A stretch of 33,038 nucleotides of DNA, taken from contig NC_068981.1 in assembly GCF_001194135.2 (NCBI RefSeq), positions 54,198,102 to 54,231,139 on the forward strand. Direction: 5' to 3'. A program made the position numbers and the translations under genes. The notes below the pieces were generated by a model that did not search any database, was not told the origin of the DNA, and saw nothing but the letters and a program-made list of their open reading frames with translations. Of this stretch, positions 10,176 through 23,510 are shown one piece after another. How positions within the stretch are numbered: the first letter of the stretch is position 1; every line of letters begins with the position of its first letter. Origin of the DNA: Octopus bimaculoides. Taxonomy: Eukaryota.

Positions 10176-10519
10176 ATATTATCTTCTTTCCCCACTGACT
10201 AATAACAGGTAAGATATATATATTTTTTAAAAATATGTTTAAATAATTTATTATTAATTCTAATGTACTTAATTCTTATTGTATGTTATAGTAGGCTTTA
10301 AAATGCTTATATTATTAGATTAGTATTTTGGATATAATTTTCTATGTGTACTTCAGTAAATAAGGTTGTTCTGAAATTGAAGATGTGGTCCTATTGGTAA
10401 AATCCCAAATTTGTAATAATAATATAATTGGTACTGTTTGCTTTGCATTAGTAAAGTGTAAAATAGTAATTATCCTTATAGCTTGGAATAATTATTATTC
10501 CCTAAGGTTTATATATATA

Positions 10520-10674
10520 CAACGGGCTTTCAGCATCCTCTACCAAACCCCCACTCACAAGGCTTTGGTCGGCCCGAGGCTAAAGCAGAAGACACTTTTC
10601 TAAGGCCCCACACAGTGTGACTAAACCCGAAACCACGTGGTTGAGAAGCAAACTTCTCATCACGCAGCCACGCC
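10520..10674 (-). mobile_element. tRNA-derived CORE-like SINE, family A
   Basis: Reverse complement begins GGCGTGGCTGCGTGATGAGAAG...GGGTTTAGTCAC...GCCTCGGGCCGACCAAAGCCTTGTGAGTGGGGTTTGGTAGAGG; homologous to 755-903. Confidence 0.85.
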
Positions 10675-11006
10675 TTGCTTTATATGTTCTGCCAAGCACA
10701 TGAACATGGTTCATATATGTGCATAGTATGCAATTAAACAATCAGTCAATATATGTAAATGATAGATCTCACAATTTGCAATTATCTATCCTGGCTGTCT
10801 ACTCAGGCGCCGAAAATACTTAACTTATGGTGCCATTGCAATGCACACGAACAGCCTAGTACGCTTCACACTCGAACAACGAACGGCTAACTGCCTGGTG
10901 GAACGTCAGCTGCTTGGAATTCCCTCCTGTACATCACTTACAAATGTTCAAAATGAAACATCAACTCTATCTCTATCACTAGTCTTAGAAGCCCGACTAA
11001 ACTATA

Positions 11007-11029
11007 ATGCGTGCGTGTGTGCGTGCGTG

Positions 11030-11071
<42 letters not shown>
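11007..11071. repeat. (TGCG)/(TG)n microsatellite
   Basis: Direct reading. Confidence 0.9.
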
Positions 11072-11075
<4 letters not shown>

Positions 11076-11079
11076 TCCG

Positions 11080-11266
11080 CCACTACCACTTAACAGCCGG
11101 CGTTGATGTGTTTAGGTCTCCGTAGCGGTTTGATAAAATTGGACCGACAGAACAAGCACCAGGCTTCAAACAACAAAAACTACTGGGGTTGATTCGTTCG
11201 ACTAAAATTTCTTTAAGATGATGCTGCAGCATGGCCGCAATCTAATGACTGAAACGTGTAAAAGAG
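11080..11266 (+). mobile_element. 3' part of a SINE
   Basis: CTACTGGGGTTGATTCGTTCGACTAAAA...GCAGCATGGCCGCAATCTAATGACTGAAACGTGTAAAAG then TA repeats; resembles recalled cephalopod SINE tails and shares the CTGGGGTCGA module with family B. Confidence 0.65.
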
Positions 11267-11275
11267 ATATATATA

Positions 11276-12160
11276 NNNNNNNNNNNNNNNNNNNNNNNNN
11301 NNNNNNNNNNNNNNNNNNNNNNNNNNNNNNNNNNNNNNNNNNNNNNNNNNNNNNNNNNNNNNNNNNNNNNNNNNNNNNNNNNNNNNNNNNNNNNNNNNNN
11401 NNNNNNNNNNNNNNNNNNNNNNNNNNNNNNNNNNNNNNNNNNNNNNNNNNNNNNNNNNNNNNNNNNNNNNNNNNNNNNNNNNNNNNNNNNNNNNNNNNNN
11501 NNNNNNNNNNNNNNNNNNNNNNNNNNNNNNNNNNNNNNNNNNNNNNNNNNNNNNNNNNNNNNNNNNNNNNNNNNNNNNNNNNNNNNNNNNNNNNNNNNNN
11601 NNNNNNNNNNNNNNNNNNNNNNNNNNNNNNNNNNNNNNNNNNNNNNNNNNNNNNNNNNNNNNNNNNNNNNNNNNNNNNNNNNNNNNNNNNNNNNNNNNNN
11701 NNNNNNNNNNNNNNNNNNNNNNNNNNNNNNNNNNNNNNNNNNNNNNNNNNNNNNNNNNNNNNNNNNNNNNNNNNNNNNNNNNNNNNNNNNNNNNNNNNNN
11801 NNNNNNNNNNNNNNNNNNNNNNNNNNNNNNNNNNNNNNNNNNNNNNNNNNNNNNNNNNNNNNNNNNNNNNNNNNNNNNNNNNNNNNNNNNNNNNNNNNNN
11901 NNNNNNNNNNNNNNNNNNNNNNNNNNNNNNNNNNNNNNNNNNNNNNNNNNNNNNNNNNNNNNNNNNNNNNNNNNNNNNNNNNNNNNNNNNNNNNNNNNNN
12001 NNNNNNNNNNNNNNNNNNNNNNNNNNNNNNNNNNNNNNNNNNNNNNNNNNNNNNNNNNNNNNNNNNNNNNNNNNNNNNNNNNNNNNNNNNNNNNNNNNNN
12101 NNNNNNNNNNNNNNNNNNNNNNNNNNNNNNNNNNNNNNNNNNNNNNNNNNNNNNNNNNNN
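11276..12160. other. Assembly gap (885 N)
   Basis: Run of N; ORFs 11202-12407 and 11218-12465 are gap artefacts. Confidence 1.
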
Positions 12161-12330
12161 AAGGAAAATGTTCTCTATGTGGCCTGTGTGTTTTCTGTAC
12201 TCTGGTTATTACTATTTTTTTGCATACGTTTTGTTTGCAATGTCCTGTGCCCAGATATGCACCTATATATACAGGTAGATGTAGGTATGCACATACTTGT
12301 ACGTATATATGCATATACTCATTTATTATT

Positions 12331-12335
<5 letters not shown>
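12161..12335 (+). mobile_element. Interspersed repeat fragment, paralog of ~32499-32660 (Penelope-like terminal region, inferred)
   Basis: AAATGTTCTCTATGTGGCCTGTGTGTTTT...CCCAGATATGCACCTATAT...ATATATGCATATACTCAT aligns in the same orientation with 32499-32660. Confidence 0.75.
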
Positions 12336-12371
<36 letters not shown>

Positions 12372-15300
12372 ACTAAAACTCTCACACACACACACATGTA
12401 TATACATATATATATATGAATATATATGTGTGTATGTATGTATGTATAGTACCAGATTGGATTAGAACGTGTACTAGCGGCTTACCAGATAAGGATATTA
12501 TTGCTCCTGATTTAGAACAAATTTTCCCAATTCGGAAACCATAAACAAATCTAGGATTAAGATATTTGATGACGTTTGGAAACCGAACTAATTGAAATAC
12601 CGTATAAAAATAAATATTGCAAATATAAAGTTAAATAATTTGGAAAATGTTTAATCTTAATTTATATATTGCTTAATAATATTAGATAGTAAAATGAATC
12701 TCAGATGAGTAGTGACAGAAAATGAAAAGTGATTTAGTTTAGAAAGAAAGGGGAAGAGAGAGAGTGATAGTATGTGTGTGTGTGTGTTTGTGCATGTGTG
12801 CGCGTGTATGTATGCACTCATGCGTGAGTTTCTCTTTGTGTGTGAGTTCCTGTGTGCGTGTTTGTCGCAACAAGTGATGGTTGTGTCCCAACACAACTGA
12901 AAGACAGTAGAAGAATATATCGCTTTTATAACAATCTTTCATCTCTTCATTCAATTTCAGGTCCCTCTGTTTCGCAACACAAACTATTCTTTCCGTTTCT
13001 CTTGCTGGCACTCTACTGTTAATAATCTCCAATACAGACGAATATCTTTCATCTCGGCTTTCATTTTGCTTTTCGCTATTTATATATAGTTTGATACTTT
13101 GATCTCTTTTCTTTGATTTATAGCACTCTCTATATAACCTTATACTATTCGTTCAGTCATTCCCACTATTTCCATCTCATATTGTCTCTTTGCCTTCTGC
13201 GCAATATCTTTTTTTTTTTATCGCCATTTTCATTTATCCATTCTTTAATTCCATTACTTTTTTTACAACCTAACATTTATGGACAGTTAATATAAAAGGA
13301 TTTTTTTTAGATATATTTTCCCTGCTATTTATTAAATTGTTCATACTATTCGATCACCCTCAACACATTTCTAGTAAATCAGACTTAGTGAAGAAATGTT
13401 TTGTTTGTAACAGATAATTTGCGAATACTAAGATATTTTGTCACTGCGGAGGAGGATGAAGAAGAGAAAGAGGAGTAAAAAAGAATAGAAAGCAAGGAGG
13501 AAGAAGAGTAGAAATGATTGGGGTGGGGATTATTTTAATAATATTTCCTGATAAAGGTACAGGTTCACAAATGTTAACAGCTGTTACCTTACCCACCTAG
13601 CAGAATAAGAAGCAATGTCGACCTTTGTGTATTTGCCTAAAGGATGTTCCAACATTTCTTCTACTTTTTAACCATGGTGGTTAAATTCTACCAAACATAA
13701 CGTTTCTATAATTGGTAAAACGATGTTGTCAGCCTCGACATCAGCAATACTTTCGGCCGTTTCTAGCATTTAAATCTCCAGCAATACTATCCGTTTATAG
13801 GTTTCATCTGTCCCACTGAAATCGCACCATCGCGTCCTATGTTGACTCTTCTCTCTCTTCCCCTCTTTCTCTGGTTATCATCTGTTCAGAAACTTTTGTA
13901 AATAAATCTTCGTGGTATTATTGTGTATTTTTATGCATTTCATTTAATTGTATTTCTGTTAATGAGTACTGTAGAACATATACTTAGTGATAAATTATAG
14001 GTGTCTATGAGACATGCTGTTGCTTGCCAGATTTTGTATCTCTATACTGCGTCAAGCAGTCGTTAATCCAACCCGAGCTATCTTGATGTGGGCAAACTTA
14101 ACCTGTAGAACTGGGTAGAATCTTTTAGTACTCCAAACCTAGCCAATATTGTGACACGGGGAATAGGTGCAGTTTAGTGTCATACCCAGTGTCTTGATAA
14201 CGAAATAGTGAGATACTAATAGTAAAGAGAACAAGATGATTGAAGATATCAGTCTATTCTAGCTATAGTTTGCCATCATCCTGTAAGATATATCTAACAC
14301 ATTTCCGCCTGTTCCACCCGACTTTGGACTTCACAATAACCTCAGCATACAAGGTTAGAGAGATCATTAGCACTTACCTAACGTTCTACCTCAGGTCCCC
14401 AGAAGGAAGTGGATGGGCAAAGCGTATCCTGGACGGTAGTTGAAAGAACCATCTTCATCACTCATATTTAGACTCGAGCTTCTTTTGGGGCTGTGTATGA
14501 GAACAACGAAAATCTGCCGACTTGGCCTGCAATTCGTTCTATATAATGATCAAATACATCCCGGTTTAACACAACCAGTATCTCTTATTCTTGATTGCAC
14601 CAGCGGTGATAACGCTGTTATAATCATACGAAATACAGTTCCAACTTCTGGGAACCTTCTACATTTTACCTGCAAACATTGACCTACTAACGTTCAGGCT
14701 GGTCATCGGCTGCATCAATTTCATCGGCCTGGGAGGACAACAAAAGTCAGAGTTCCCACTCTCCTCCTTTAATTAATTTATATATAAAAAAAAAAAAAAA
14801 GATTGTTATTGAGGTTCATGTTTGTGCTTCCGTGACAGTTTAATGTGTCGAATGCAAGCAGGCTGACATTTCATGAAGGTCAATCGACTAAGTAGAAACA
14901 ATGTAGTGAAAGGATTTGTTGCAATACAACTGAAGTGTACGCGTGCGCGTGTGTATAATGCGCGTGTGTGTGGATCATTATCCGTTACATATGTGATATC
15001 AGCAAAAAAGAAGAAAAACACAACAAAAACTACTGCTTGTAAAACACGGTTTTCAGTGTTTGTATTCTATGTGAAGTATGTGAAATGCGTATGAATGTTT
15101 GTATTATATATGCACGTATGTAAACATTTCTGTACAAGATGTATACGTATGTATGTTGTCACTTAGAAATCAACTATACATTCATACATGTCTTCACAGA
15201 CGTATTATGTATACTACACAAGTATACAAAGTATTTCACAGTTAAGATGGTAAATGCCAAGCGCGTTTAGGATATAGAAAAATGTTTTATGGATGTGCAA

Positions 15301-15920
15301 ATATACATTGAATCAAAGAAGATAGATGGATAGATATTTGGATGAATATCCTTTGAATATTCTTTATATACACAAGAGATAAAACATATTTATAACAATT
15401 TACAGTATGTTTCTGTTCAATACACCCATTATGCTTTTCCTTTATTCATTGTAAAACTCTTGATTATAAACTTCTATATTCAGTTTCTAAATGTAATGTA
15501 CAAAGACATCGTCATCATCATCTCTCTGTCTTTTCTCTCTTCCTTTCGCTATCTATTTGTCACATATGCACACATAGTATGCATAATCATTTATAGAATT
15601 ATGTGTAAATTACTGATGCGTTCTCAGTGTTCATTCATTTTTGATGTTATGATATACTACAGAATAAACCTAGAGATTTAATTTGCACGTGTAAATAAAT
15701 TAGAATTAATGAAACATCCTGGACAGTCATAAAATACTCGTTTTTTTTTGTTGTTTATATATATTCCATCCTGAACAGAAAAAGAGGGCTCACCTGAACC
15801 AATGTCAAACTTTGTTGAGATTTCATCAGAAGCTGGTTAACTATTATTAGTAAAGGTCTTATTAAACCGAGTACACCGATTTGCATAAATGACACATTTT
15901 TACCATTCAGTTAATAGATA

Positions 15921-16107
15921 CTTTCTAATTTTGGCACAAAGCAAGCAATTTAAGGTAATAGTGTTCAAATGGTGCTTATTTCATCAATTACGAAAAGCTG
16001 AAAGGAAAATCGACCCTGGCGGAATTTTGAATTAGAACGTAATGAATCGGAGGAAATACTACTAAGCATTTTGTCCGAATCTAACGATTCTATCAGCTCG
16101 CAGCCTT
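15921..16107 (-). mobile_element. tRNA-derived SINE, family B (decayed)
   Basis: GAAAGGAAAATCGACCCTGGCGGAATTTTGAA...ACTAAGCATTTTGTCC...AACGATTCTATCAGCTCGCAGCC. Confidence 0.75.
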
Positions 16108-16291
16108 TAGTTCAATTTATAAGTTATTGATGGGTTATCAGTGTTTATGTTTTATAAACATAATACCGAGCAATGTGTTTATCATAAATACATAAAACGT
16201 GTTTATGATTACATATAATAAACATATTTAGTGTTGCAGTGAATTTAGGACAATATTACGATGAATTGGTGTTCGTATTATGAGATAATAA

Positions 16292-16864
16292 GGATCTTTT
16301 TTAAAACGGGGGCCACATTTTTCATTAATGAAACACTTTGAAACTTGGAACACTGGTAGAATGTGTCATATAAAACATCTTTTTCTCTTAGTCTTCTTAA
16401 AAAAAAAAAGAAATCCATAAATTATTCCATGTTAAAGTTGTCGTATTTCTGTAATTTCAACCAATCACTGACGTCCATTCAGCCGATATACATTAAGTGC
16501 CGACTACATAAACAAACGATTCTGAAACAATTAACCCTAACCCTAACCCTAACTCTAACCCTAACCCTAACCCTAGGGTTAGGGTTAGGGTTAAAGCAAA
16601 TTTAAAATGAAAAAAGCAAATAAAACGAAGAATCGTTTGTTTATGTAGTCGGCACTTAATGTATATCGGCTGAATGGACGTCAGTGATTGGTTGAAATTA
16701 TCGAAATAACACAATTTTTTACATGAAATAAATTCGAATACAAAAATATTTTTCTGTTCTATAACACAAAATAGATAAGTATACGAAGTTTGAAAGTCTT
16801 TCGGTACCAAAAACACTACGTAAAACATTAATGAAAAATGTGGCCCCCGTTTTAAAAAAGATCC
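16292..16864 (-). mobile_element. Non-autonomous foldback DNA transposon with central telomeric palindrome, copy 2 (573 bp), inverted relative to copy 1
   Basis: 39-bp perfect TIRs (16292-16330 / 16826-16864); 8-bp TSD GATAATAA (16284-16291, 16865-16872); perfect 72-bp inner inverted repeat (16452-16523 / 16629-16700); core of 7 TAACCC units (one TAACTC)-TA-(GGGTTA)3 at 16532-16593; about 7 substitutions plus 18 bp extra versus copy 1. Confidence 0.95.
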
Positions 16865-18095
16865 GATAATAAAACTAATAACTACCAATTATGTAATATA
16901 ATGTGTCATCCTTTCTGGGTTTTAGATGCTATAGTTTACTTTAAGAAAGTTTTGGCTACTATTTCTTGCAGATCGAGAGACCACCTAAAAGTTTCGTCTT
17001 TGTTTTATCGTTGTGTTTGTTGATTTTCATGACAAGACACTTCCGATTAAAGATGTGTTGGTAATAGACACTGTCGATTGGTTAAAATTACATAACTTTA
17101 TATGCTTGTAACTTCTTTATTGTCAATTTCTAGAAATATAAAGATGAACGTGATTTTCGTCATCAGGAATATAATTTTGAAAATAATCTGGTGAACATTT
17201 GAAGAAGTGGATGGAAGAAATTTAACAAAATCTATATTGTACTTATAGATGATATATTAAAAAAAACGATTACTTGGTGCATTTTGAATTATTTAAATTA
17301 TTTTGCGTATGCAGTGAATGCTTAAATCTATCTATATAGCAACGCTGGATGAAGATCAGTTTCTGTATCCTCATCAACATGCTTGAATTAAAGATTATTA
17401 AATGGAGATATGGATTTAACAACAACAGCTTAATGTTTGTTCACATTTTGGTACCCAGGCATGCAGTCAAGTGATCACGTTACATGTTATTTCTCTTTGT
17501 ATTCCTTATTCTCATACACATATATCCACTAGGTTTACAACATTTTATGACGATTGTTGCTATAAGAACGTAACAGTATCATTTGACCATTACCATACAC
17601 AGGAGTAACGCCATATAATCTTGAGATGGCCGCTTGCATATATAATAAAAATACATTGCAATTTTATAAATACATTTATTGTATGGAAGACGGTGAGAGA
17701 GAGAGAAAGGGAAAAGGAGAAAGAAAGAGGAAGAGAGAAAGCAAAGTGTTTTTGTGTATTTATGTTTGTGAGTATTCGTATCTGTGTCTGTTAAATCTAA
17801 CACTATGCATAATAATTCGAATTAACTGATGTGTAATTTAGATTGGAAAGGAGTCATAGTTCTGAAATAACAATACATCTTACCGAAATAAACGAAATAT
17901 AAAGTTTGATATGGAATGATAATTGCCGTTACTGTATGATAGAGTTCAGTCTTATATGACACTGACGGAAACTTCGTTTGCAACCAATCTGCAAGTCAAT
18001 TAATTCCACGAGGTCCTGCAAGGAATGAATAATACGTGTATAAAAAACTGAAAATAGTCTTACACAAGAATCTGTATTATGAAACGAGCCAAACA

Positions 18096-18258
18096 GGGAG
18101 TTTCTGTGTGGTCGCTTAACTTGCACGAAATAGCAACCAAATCTCCCACAAATTACACACTTCTGCTTTAGAATAGGGAAAGATACTATGTATAATGTAG
18201 TCTTAGATATGCATGAAAATAAAGGATGGTCTTGACTATGTTAGGCCTGATCAGGAGT

Positions 18259-18323
<65 letters not shown>
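18096..18323 (+). mobile_element. AAC-tailed SINE-like repeat (family C) with (AAC)21 tail
   Basis: GAAATAGCAACCAAATCTCCCACAAATTACAC...ATAATGTAGTCTTAGAT...GGATGGTC...GTTA then (AAC)21 at 18261-18323; explains the poly-N ORF 18213-18410. Confidence 0.7.
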
Positions 18324-18324
<1 letters not shown>

Positions 18325-18549
18325 GAGCGATTGCATTTGATGTGTTTGATACCAGCAGAAGAATAAAAAATAAAGATGCTTTCGGACAGAATTCAACCAG
18401 AAAACTCTGATTTTATCAACTGCAACCGGGTTTTCTGGAATTTTCCTAAGGGTAAAAGGTCTCTTCTAACACTATGTAATACTTATTCGCAGCTTCTCAA
18501 CAAAGATAATTGTGCATGAGGTGTTTCTGTACATAAAAGCACATTTGCT

Positions 18550-21250
18550 ATACGATTTACTTCTAGTCTTATTCCGTTTATGCATCCTTAATCTCGGTCT
18601 CGCTACCAAGCCATCACCATTTCTGCATATATAAGATAATCCGTCCACAACCTTATTTCAACCACCCACCCTTACATCTGCATGCTACGTCTTGGACCAA
18701 GTGGCACTTCAAGTTAACTGGCTAGTCTATGTTAACTATCTCTAGCAGTTCAAAGGCGCTAACCCTGACTCCTCAGAGGCAACTAAAGAGAGAGACTGAA
18801 ACCATCATCTCGACATGGACTTTCACATCCAACATACTACCAAAACTCATGAATTCAACTCTTTATGGGTTCAGTGTTGGCTATAATACAACTATACAGA
18901 CAAATGCACCGTTTATATTAGTAGGAAAAAGTCACCTACATATACGAATTGAACGGGTTTTACCTATCAGACCGAAATGTGAAGGATGTCTCCGTTCATC
19001 TGTAAGCCCTCGTGCTCTAGCTATGGTTGATACTTCTGGATCCCTATGAAAAGGATCTCTACCAAATTTTGCCTCGATATTTGCTGCTCGCATTACGCTA
19101 AATTCCATACTGCACACCCAGTGTAGACCTCAAAAGTTATTTATCCTTTTCCACTTCACCAGGCGTCACCATCACGTACATATGTGCACTGAGTTCGGAA
19201 ACAGCTCCGGTCGCTTCAAACAAACTAGGCTACAGATTTATCACTCAGAAATCACAAATGTTGCTTTCATAGAACCAAATTTACCAGAGATAATTGCGAG
19301 CCAATGCGGCTCCGTATGTGGTTTTGCTAGAACCAGCTTCCAAAAATCACACTTGTATCAAATTCTCTTAGTTTTAAAAAGTAAAAGCACATTGGATAAT
19401 GTAATTCTAAGTGAATAACATTTTTAAAAATAGGTCGTCACAGCTGGAACACCATTGATTCTTGGTTTGCGCTATCAGACCTAAGAATAATTTTAACTTC
19501 TCCAGTTTTTCGTCCAAATGAGATTTCTAGTTATAATGAGGCTCTTTCCATTTTCTCGAAACAACTTTTTCCAGGACTGGCCTCTACTTTCACCAAACTC
19601 TGCAAACTTTATTCTTTTAATAGATATCTATCATAACCTATGAAAGTGTGCTCTGCCCTCAAGAAAAACGGTCTATCTATTTATCATTCTCGTGACCTAT
19701 AACATCTTGAGTCCCTTTCTCTACTCAGAGATCACGAATACGACTTCTACAAAACCAAATTTACTGAAAATAGTCTGCTTTCCCACTTCACACACCCTTT
19801 GAGAACCTCGGCAGAGGCAATATTGCTGTTTTTTACGTCAGCAAATCTTTTGACTGAGATTAGTACGAGAATTTCCTCTTGTCGCATCTTTTGGATCAGA
19901 AATTTCCAGTCAGACTTCTCTATTATAACAAAATTATACAGTACTGTCTCAAACACACATTCTATTAACTTTGCTGCGCATCGTGATTCGGTCATCATGT
20001 AGCCATTAAATAGATTCAATAAACCACACTCGAACACAAATAACACAGCTAATAACACAGAAATGCTAGCATTCATAAAACTAGCAAAACGAGGCAGAAT
20101 ACTATAATAAATATATATAGATATCGCTACGAAGCTTACCGACTGTCCTGCCCGGTTCTCCCTGCTATAACATCTTTATTCAAATTCCATCACGACGACG
20201 ATGGGGGTGGGTAATAAACAAAAAGAATTTTGTTGCAAAAATAATACGTACATCACAAGGGGAGACAAATAACATTATAGCTATATCACAAACAATGCAC
20301 CTGGACACATCTACATACCTAAGCAAGCTAACTGAAAATCCCTTATCGTTATGTTTTTCTGAACACACCTTGATATCTCAATCAAATGGTACTCAATTCC
20401 TCAACTTTACCTGTTCATCATCTACACGGCATATTTGCACACTAATACACGAAACACTTTCATAATTATTTTTACAAGCCAAGTGGAACCACTTTCATTA
20501 GAAAATTGATTTAAGATCACAAGATATCAGTAACAACACACTGAATCAACACATACAATACCATGCATACACTCAATAAAATAATTTAAAAAGTCATCTC
20601 AATAGACAATATATAAAACACAACTCGAATTACGCAATTGGAATAGCCATCCTGATAAAAAAAAAAAAATTAGAAGCAACGTCACAACGCAACACGGTAA
20701 CATCAGATTCGATAAAAACAAACTCAGCATCAAGTAACTAAATATAGAAATAACAAGAAAATAAACCAAAGGAAAGCAGGAAACTGAAAAATATGATAAA
20801 CCACAAAACAAGCAGTAAAACGCTATAGAAACGAATTGGCCGTATCAATAATTCCAACAAAGGCCATAGCAAATATCGCAATAACAACTTCAAGTACGAT
20901 ACATATCAACAGCAAATACTTTAACAAAATTAACACCCCGCGACCACCACTAGCATTAGCACCTCACAAGCACAGAAACTCAAAATGCGAGATAAGCGCT
21001 TTTCATCTAATAGCAATCATGACCTCTTTTTATCCTCAGATATAAGAAAAGCTATTACGCAACTCTCAACCACCACCGTTCAGAGTTTGGGGACTTCGTA
21101 ATAGCTTCTGTGGTATCTAGGGAAATTACAAACGTTTAAAATCGTAGGTTATGCACTCAGCTTCTCAACCTCAACTCCTGCTAAAACAAACTCCTGCAAT
21201 TTTGGAATCGGGAAAATAGTGTCAGTTTTAAAACTCAACAAATACTTAGT
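18550..21250 (-). mobile_element. Very decayed L1/Tx1-like LINE relic
   Basis: Strongly strand-skewed block. Minus-strand fragments ASGGRGVLILLK (~20915-20955, APE-like) and CYLSPLVMYVLFLQ...GQSVSFVAIS (~20110-20280, resembling QGCPLSPLLYVL...VSAYADD); many stops and frameshifts. Confidence 0.35.
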
Positions 21251-22298
21251 TATAACACTGTATCATATGAAAGCTGCAGTATCACACAGATCCAGGGCCG
21301 GCCCTAAGGTTGCTGAACTTCGGCGTGTACAAGCTGTCAGTCGTGGAAATTCTCTTGTCTTTGTCATGCCCTCCTTGGCGCCTCTTAGCACAGAGCCATC
21401 ACGTTCATATACAGACTGCAGAATAATATATTAAGTAGTATCATACAGAGCCATCCCACTCATAGGTAGACCGTAGTATGATACAAGGTAGTAATATCAT
21501 TGAGTAGCACCACACAAAACAGTACGCTAGAAAAACTCATTTTTCTCTCTCAAACTCAGAATCTGATTAAGACTTTTATACTCAACAAATACACACACTA
21601 TTTACAAACATTTCTCAAAATATATATAACTGCGTCAACAATAAAAAAAAAAAAATACATAGACGCCATCCGAACCATCAACAACATTCAGCAAAACTGT
21701 GTACGCTTTCTACCTATACAAAACAACACAAATTATTCTTGCTAACCTATTTCGTTCTCTCTATTGAACGTCCTAACACACACACACACACAGTTTTTCC
21801 TCTCGAAATAACTTCTCTGAAAAGGCCTTGTGTCTTTAATTGTCAACTCTCTATGGCTGTTCTTAAGACAGTTTTGCTATTTGGTGGTTATATAGAACAG
21901 TGACTGCTGCTATTAAATGACTTTCTTTCTTTATAGTTTTTGTCTATTGACAAAAGCAAAGCGGTAAGATGAAATGGCTTGTTCAGCTTGAAGGGATAAC
22001 TATATCAAATATCGAATGTAAACGTTGACGCTGAAACATTATACTAGTATATGAAACACCTGGAATCATGAAACGGATACTAATTAGTATGCACATTCCA
22101 GGCCAGGCTTGGTTGTGACTTCCTCTTATTTAATTTTATTTCACTCTTTCAGTCCATACAAACACTTTAGTAAAGTTTAATAGTCAGACTTAATGTTTGT
22201 GTTATACACATACACGCGCGCGCGCGCGCGTGCACACATGCATACACATTCTCACACACACACACACACACACACTCGCGCGCGCGCACACACACACA

Positions 22299-23500
22299 CT
22301 GGGTTGGCCAAAATGTCTGTTCAGTTTCTGTCGATAATAAAAATTCCAGCGCTCTAATATGTAACTAACTTCAGCCTGTCCCTTGTGCATGCGCACTTGT
22401 TAGGTACTTAGCACTTCAACGTAGTTCCTCATGAACTTGCGACTAGAAAGGTTGTATTTTGCGTGCTTGGGATCACCTTGAAAATGAAGAGCCAAAACGA
22501 ACATCATCAACGCCTCATGCTTTTTTAATTTTTAAAAAGCAAGAAAACAGTGGAAACCTACAAGAATATATGCGCTGATATACGAAGAGGATGTTGTTAG
22601 TGAATGTGTGTGCCAGAAGTGGTTTTCAAAATGCCGATCGGGAAACGTATCGGTTTAAGATGCGCCCCGCTCTCACCGGTCGGCTGAGATTAACAGAGAC
22701 AACAACACTCGTTATACATCCAGGGTGATCGTAGATATTCTCCAGATATCCACATTGGGTGTTGATAACTATCTTCATCAGCTTGGTTACATAAGCAGGC
22801 TCGATGTTTGGGCCCCACATCAATTGAATGAGGCTAATCTCGCCCAACAGTTTTCCATCTGCGATCCGTTACAGAAAAATGAAGCAAACGATTTATTTTT
22901 TGAAGAGATCGATGACGGGACGAAAAATAGATCGTCTATAACAATGTGAAGCGCAAACGACCATATGGGAAGCGCGGCAAACCGCTACAAACAACCTCTA
23001 AAGGAGGGCTTCACCTGAAGAAGGTTATGCTTTCAATTTGGTGGGATTTGGTGCTGTTTTTTGCGAGCTTCTTCGCGCGGTCAGGACCATAAATTCGGAT
23101 GTGTATTGTGACCAGCGAAACAAATTAAGCACAACAATCTACCAGCTGCGTCCACCACTTGCTAATTGTGAGGGCACTGTCATTCATCACGACAATGGTA
23201 GATTACACACTTCTTTGTGAACGCGCAGAAGTTAGTGGAGCTTGGCTTGGGATTTTTGCCGCAGCCTCCATATTCACCCGATATTGTGCCTTCAGATTTT
23301 CCCCTGTCACGGTCTCTGAAGAGCTAAAAATTCACCTGGAAGAGATTTTCGCCGGTAAAGACAGGAAATTCTTCGAGCATAGAATAATGGATCTGCCTAT
23401 AAGATGGCAGAGGATACTGAACTGAAACGGTTATATCAGTTACTGAATAAAACTTTTGCTTAAAAAAAAGGAGTGAACGTACCTTTTGACCAACCCAACA
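22299..23500 (+). mobile_element. Near full-length decayed mariner element (~1.2 kb, transposase pseudogene from ATG 22484 to ~23430)
   Basis: TIRs TGGGTTGGCCAAAATGTCTGTTC / GAACGTACCTTTTGACCAACCCA; frameshifted motifs IVYNNVKRKR, GLHLKKVMLSIWWD, INSDVYCDQ, IHHDNGRLHTS and an HPPYSPD-like region; TA after the right TIR, left end abuts (CA)n. Confidence 0.92.
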
Positions 23501-23510
23501 TATAAACACA

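Noticed and set aside
11202-12465. 400-aa ORFs (also 25184-26015)
   Set aside because: They span N-gaps.
14240-14760. GC-richer block with ORFs 14240-14443 and 14440-14682; SGWAKRILDGS faintly resembles an RTE C-terminal motif
   Set aside because: Similarity too weak to call either a gene or a LINE; needs a profile search.
2316-16872. One 14.5-kb composite transposon bounded by the two MITE copies
   Set aside because: Outer flanks (TTGTTTTG vs GATAATAA) do not match; each copy has its own TSD.
21292-21400. CAGGGCCGGCCCTAAGG resembling a hAT-MITE terminus
   Set aside because: No matching opposite TIR or 8-bp TSD found nearby.
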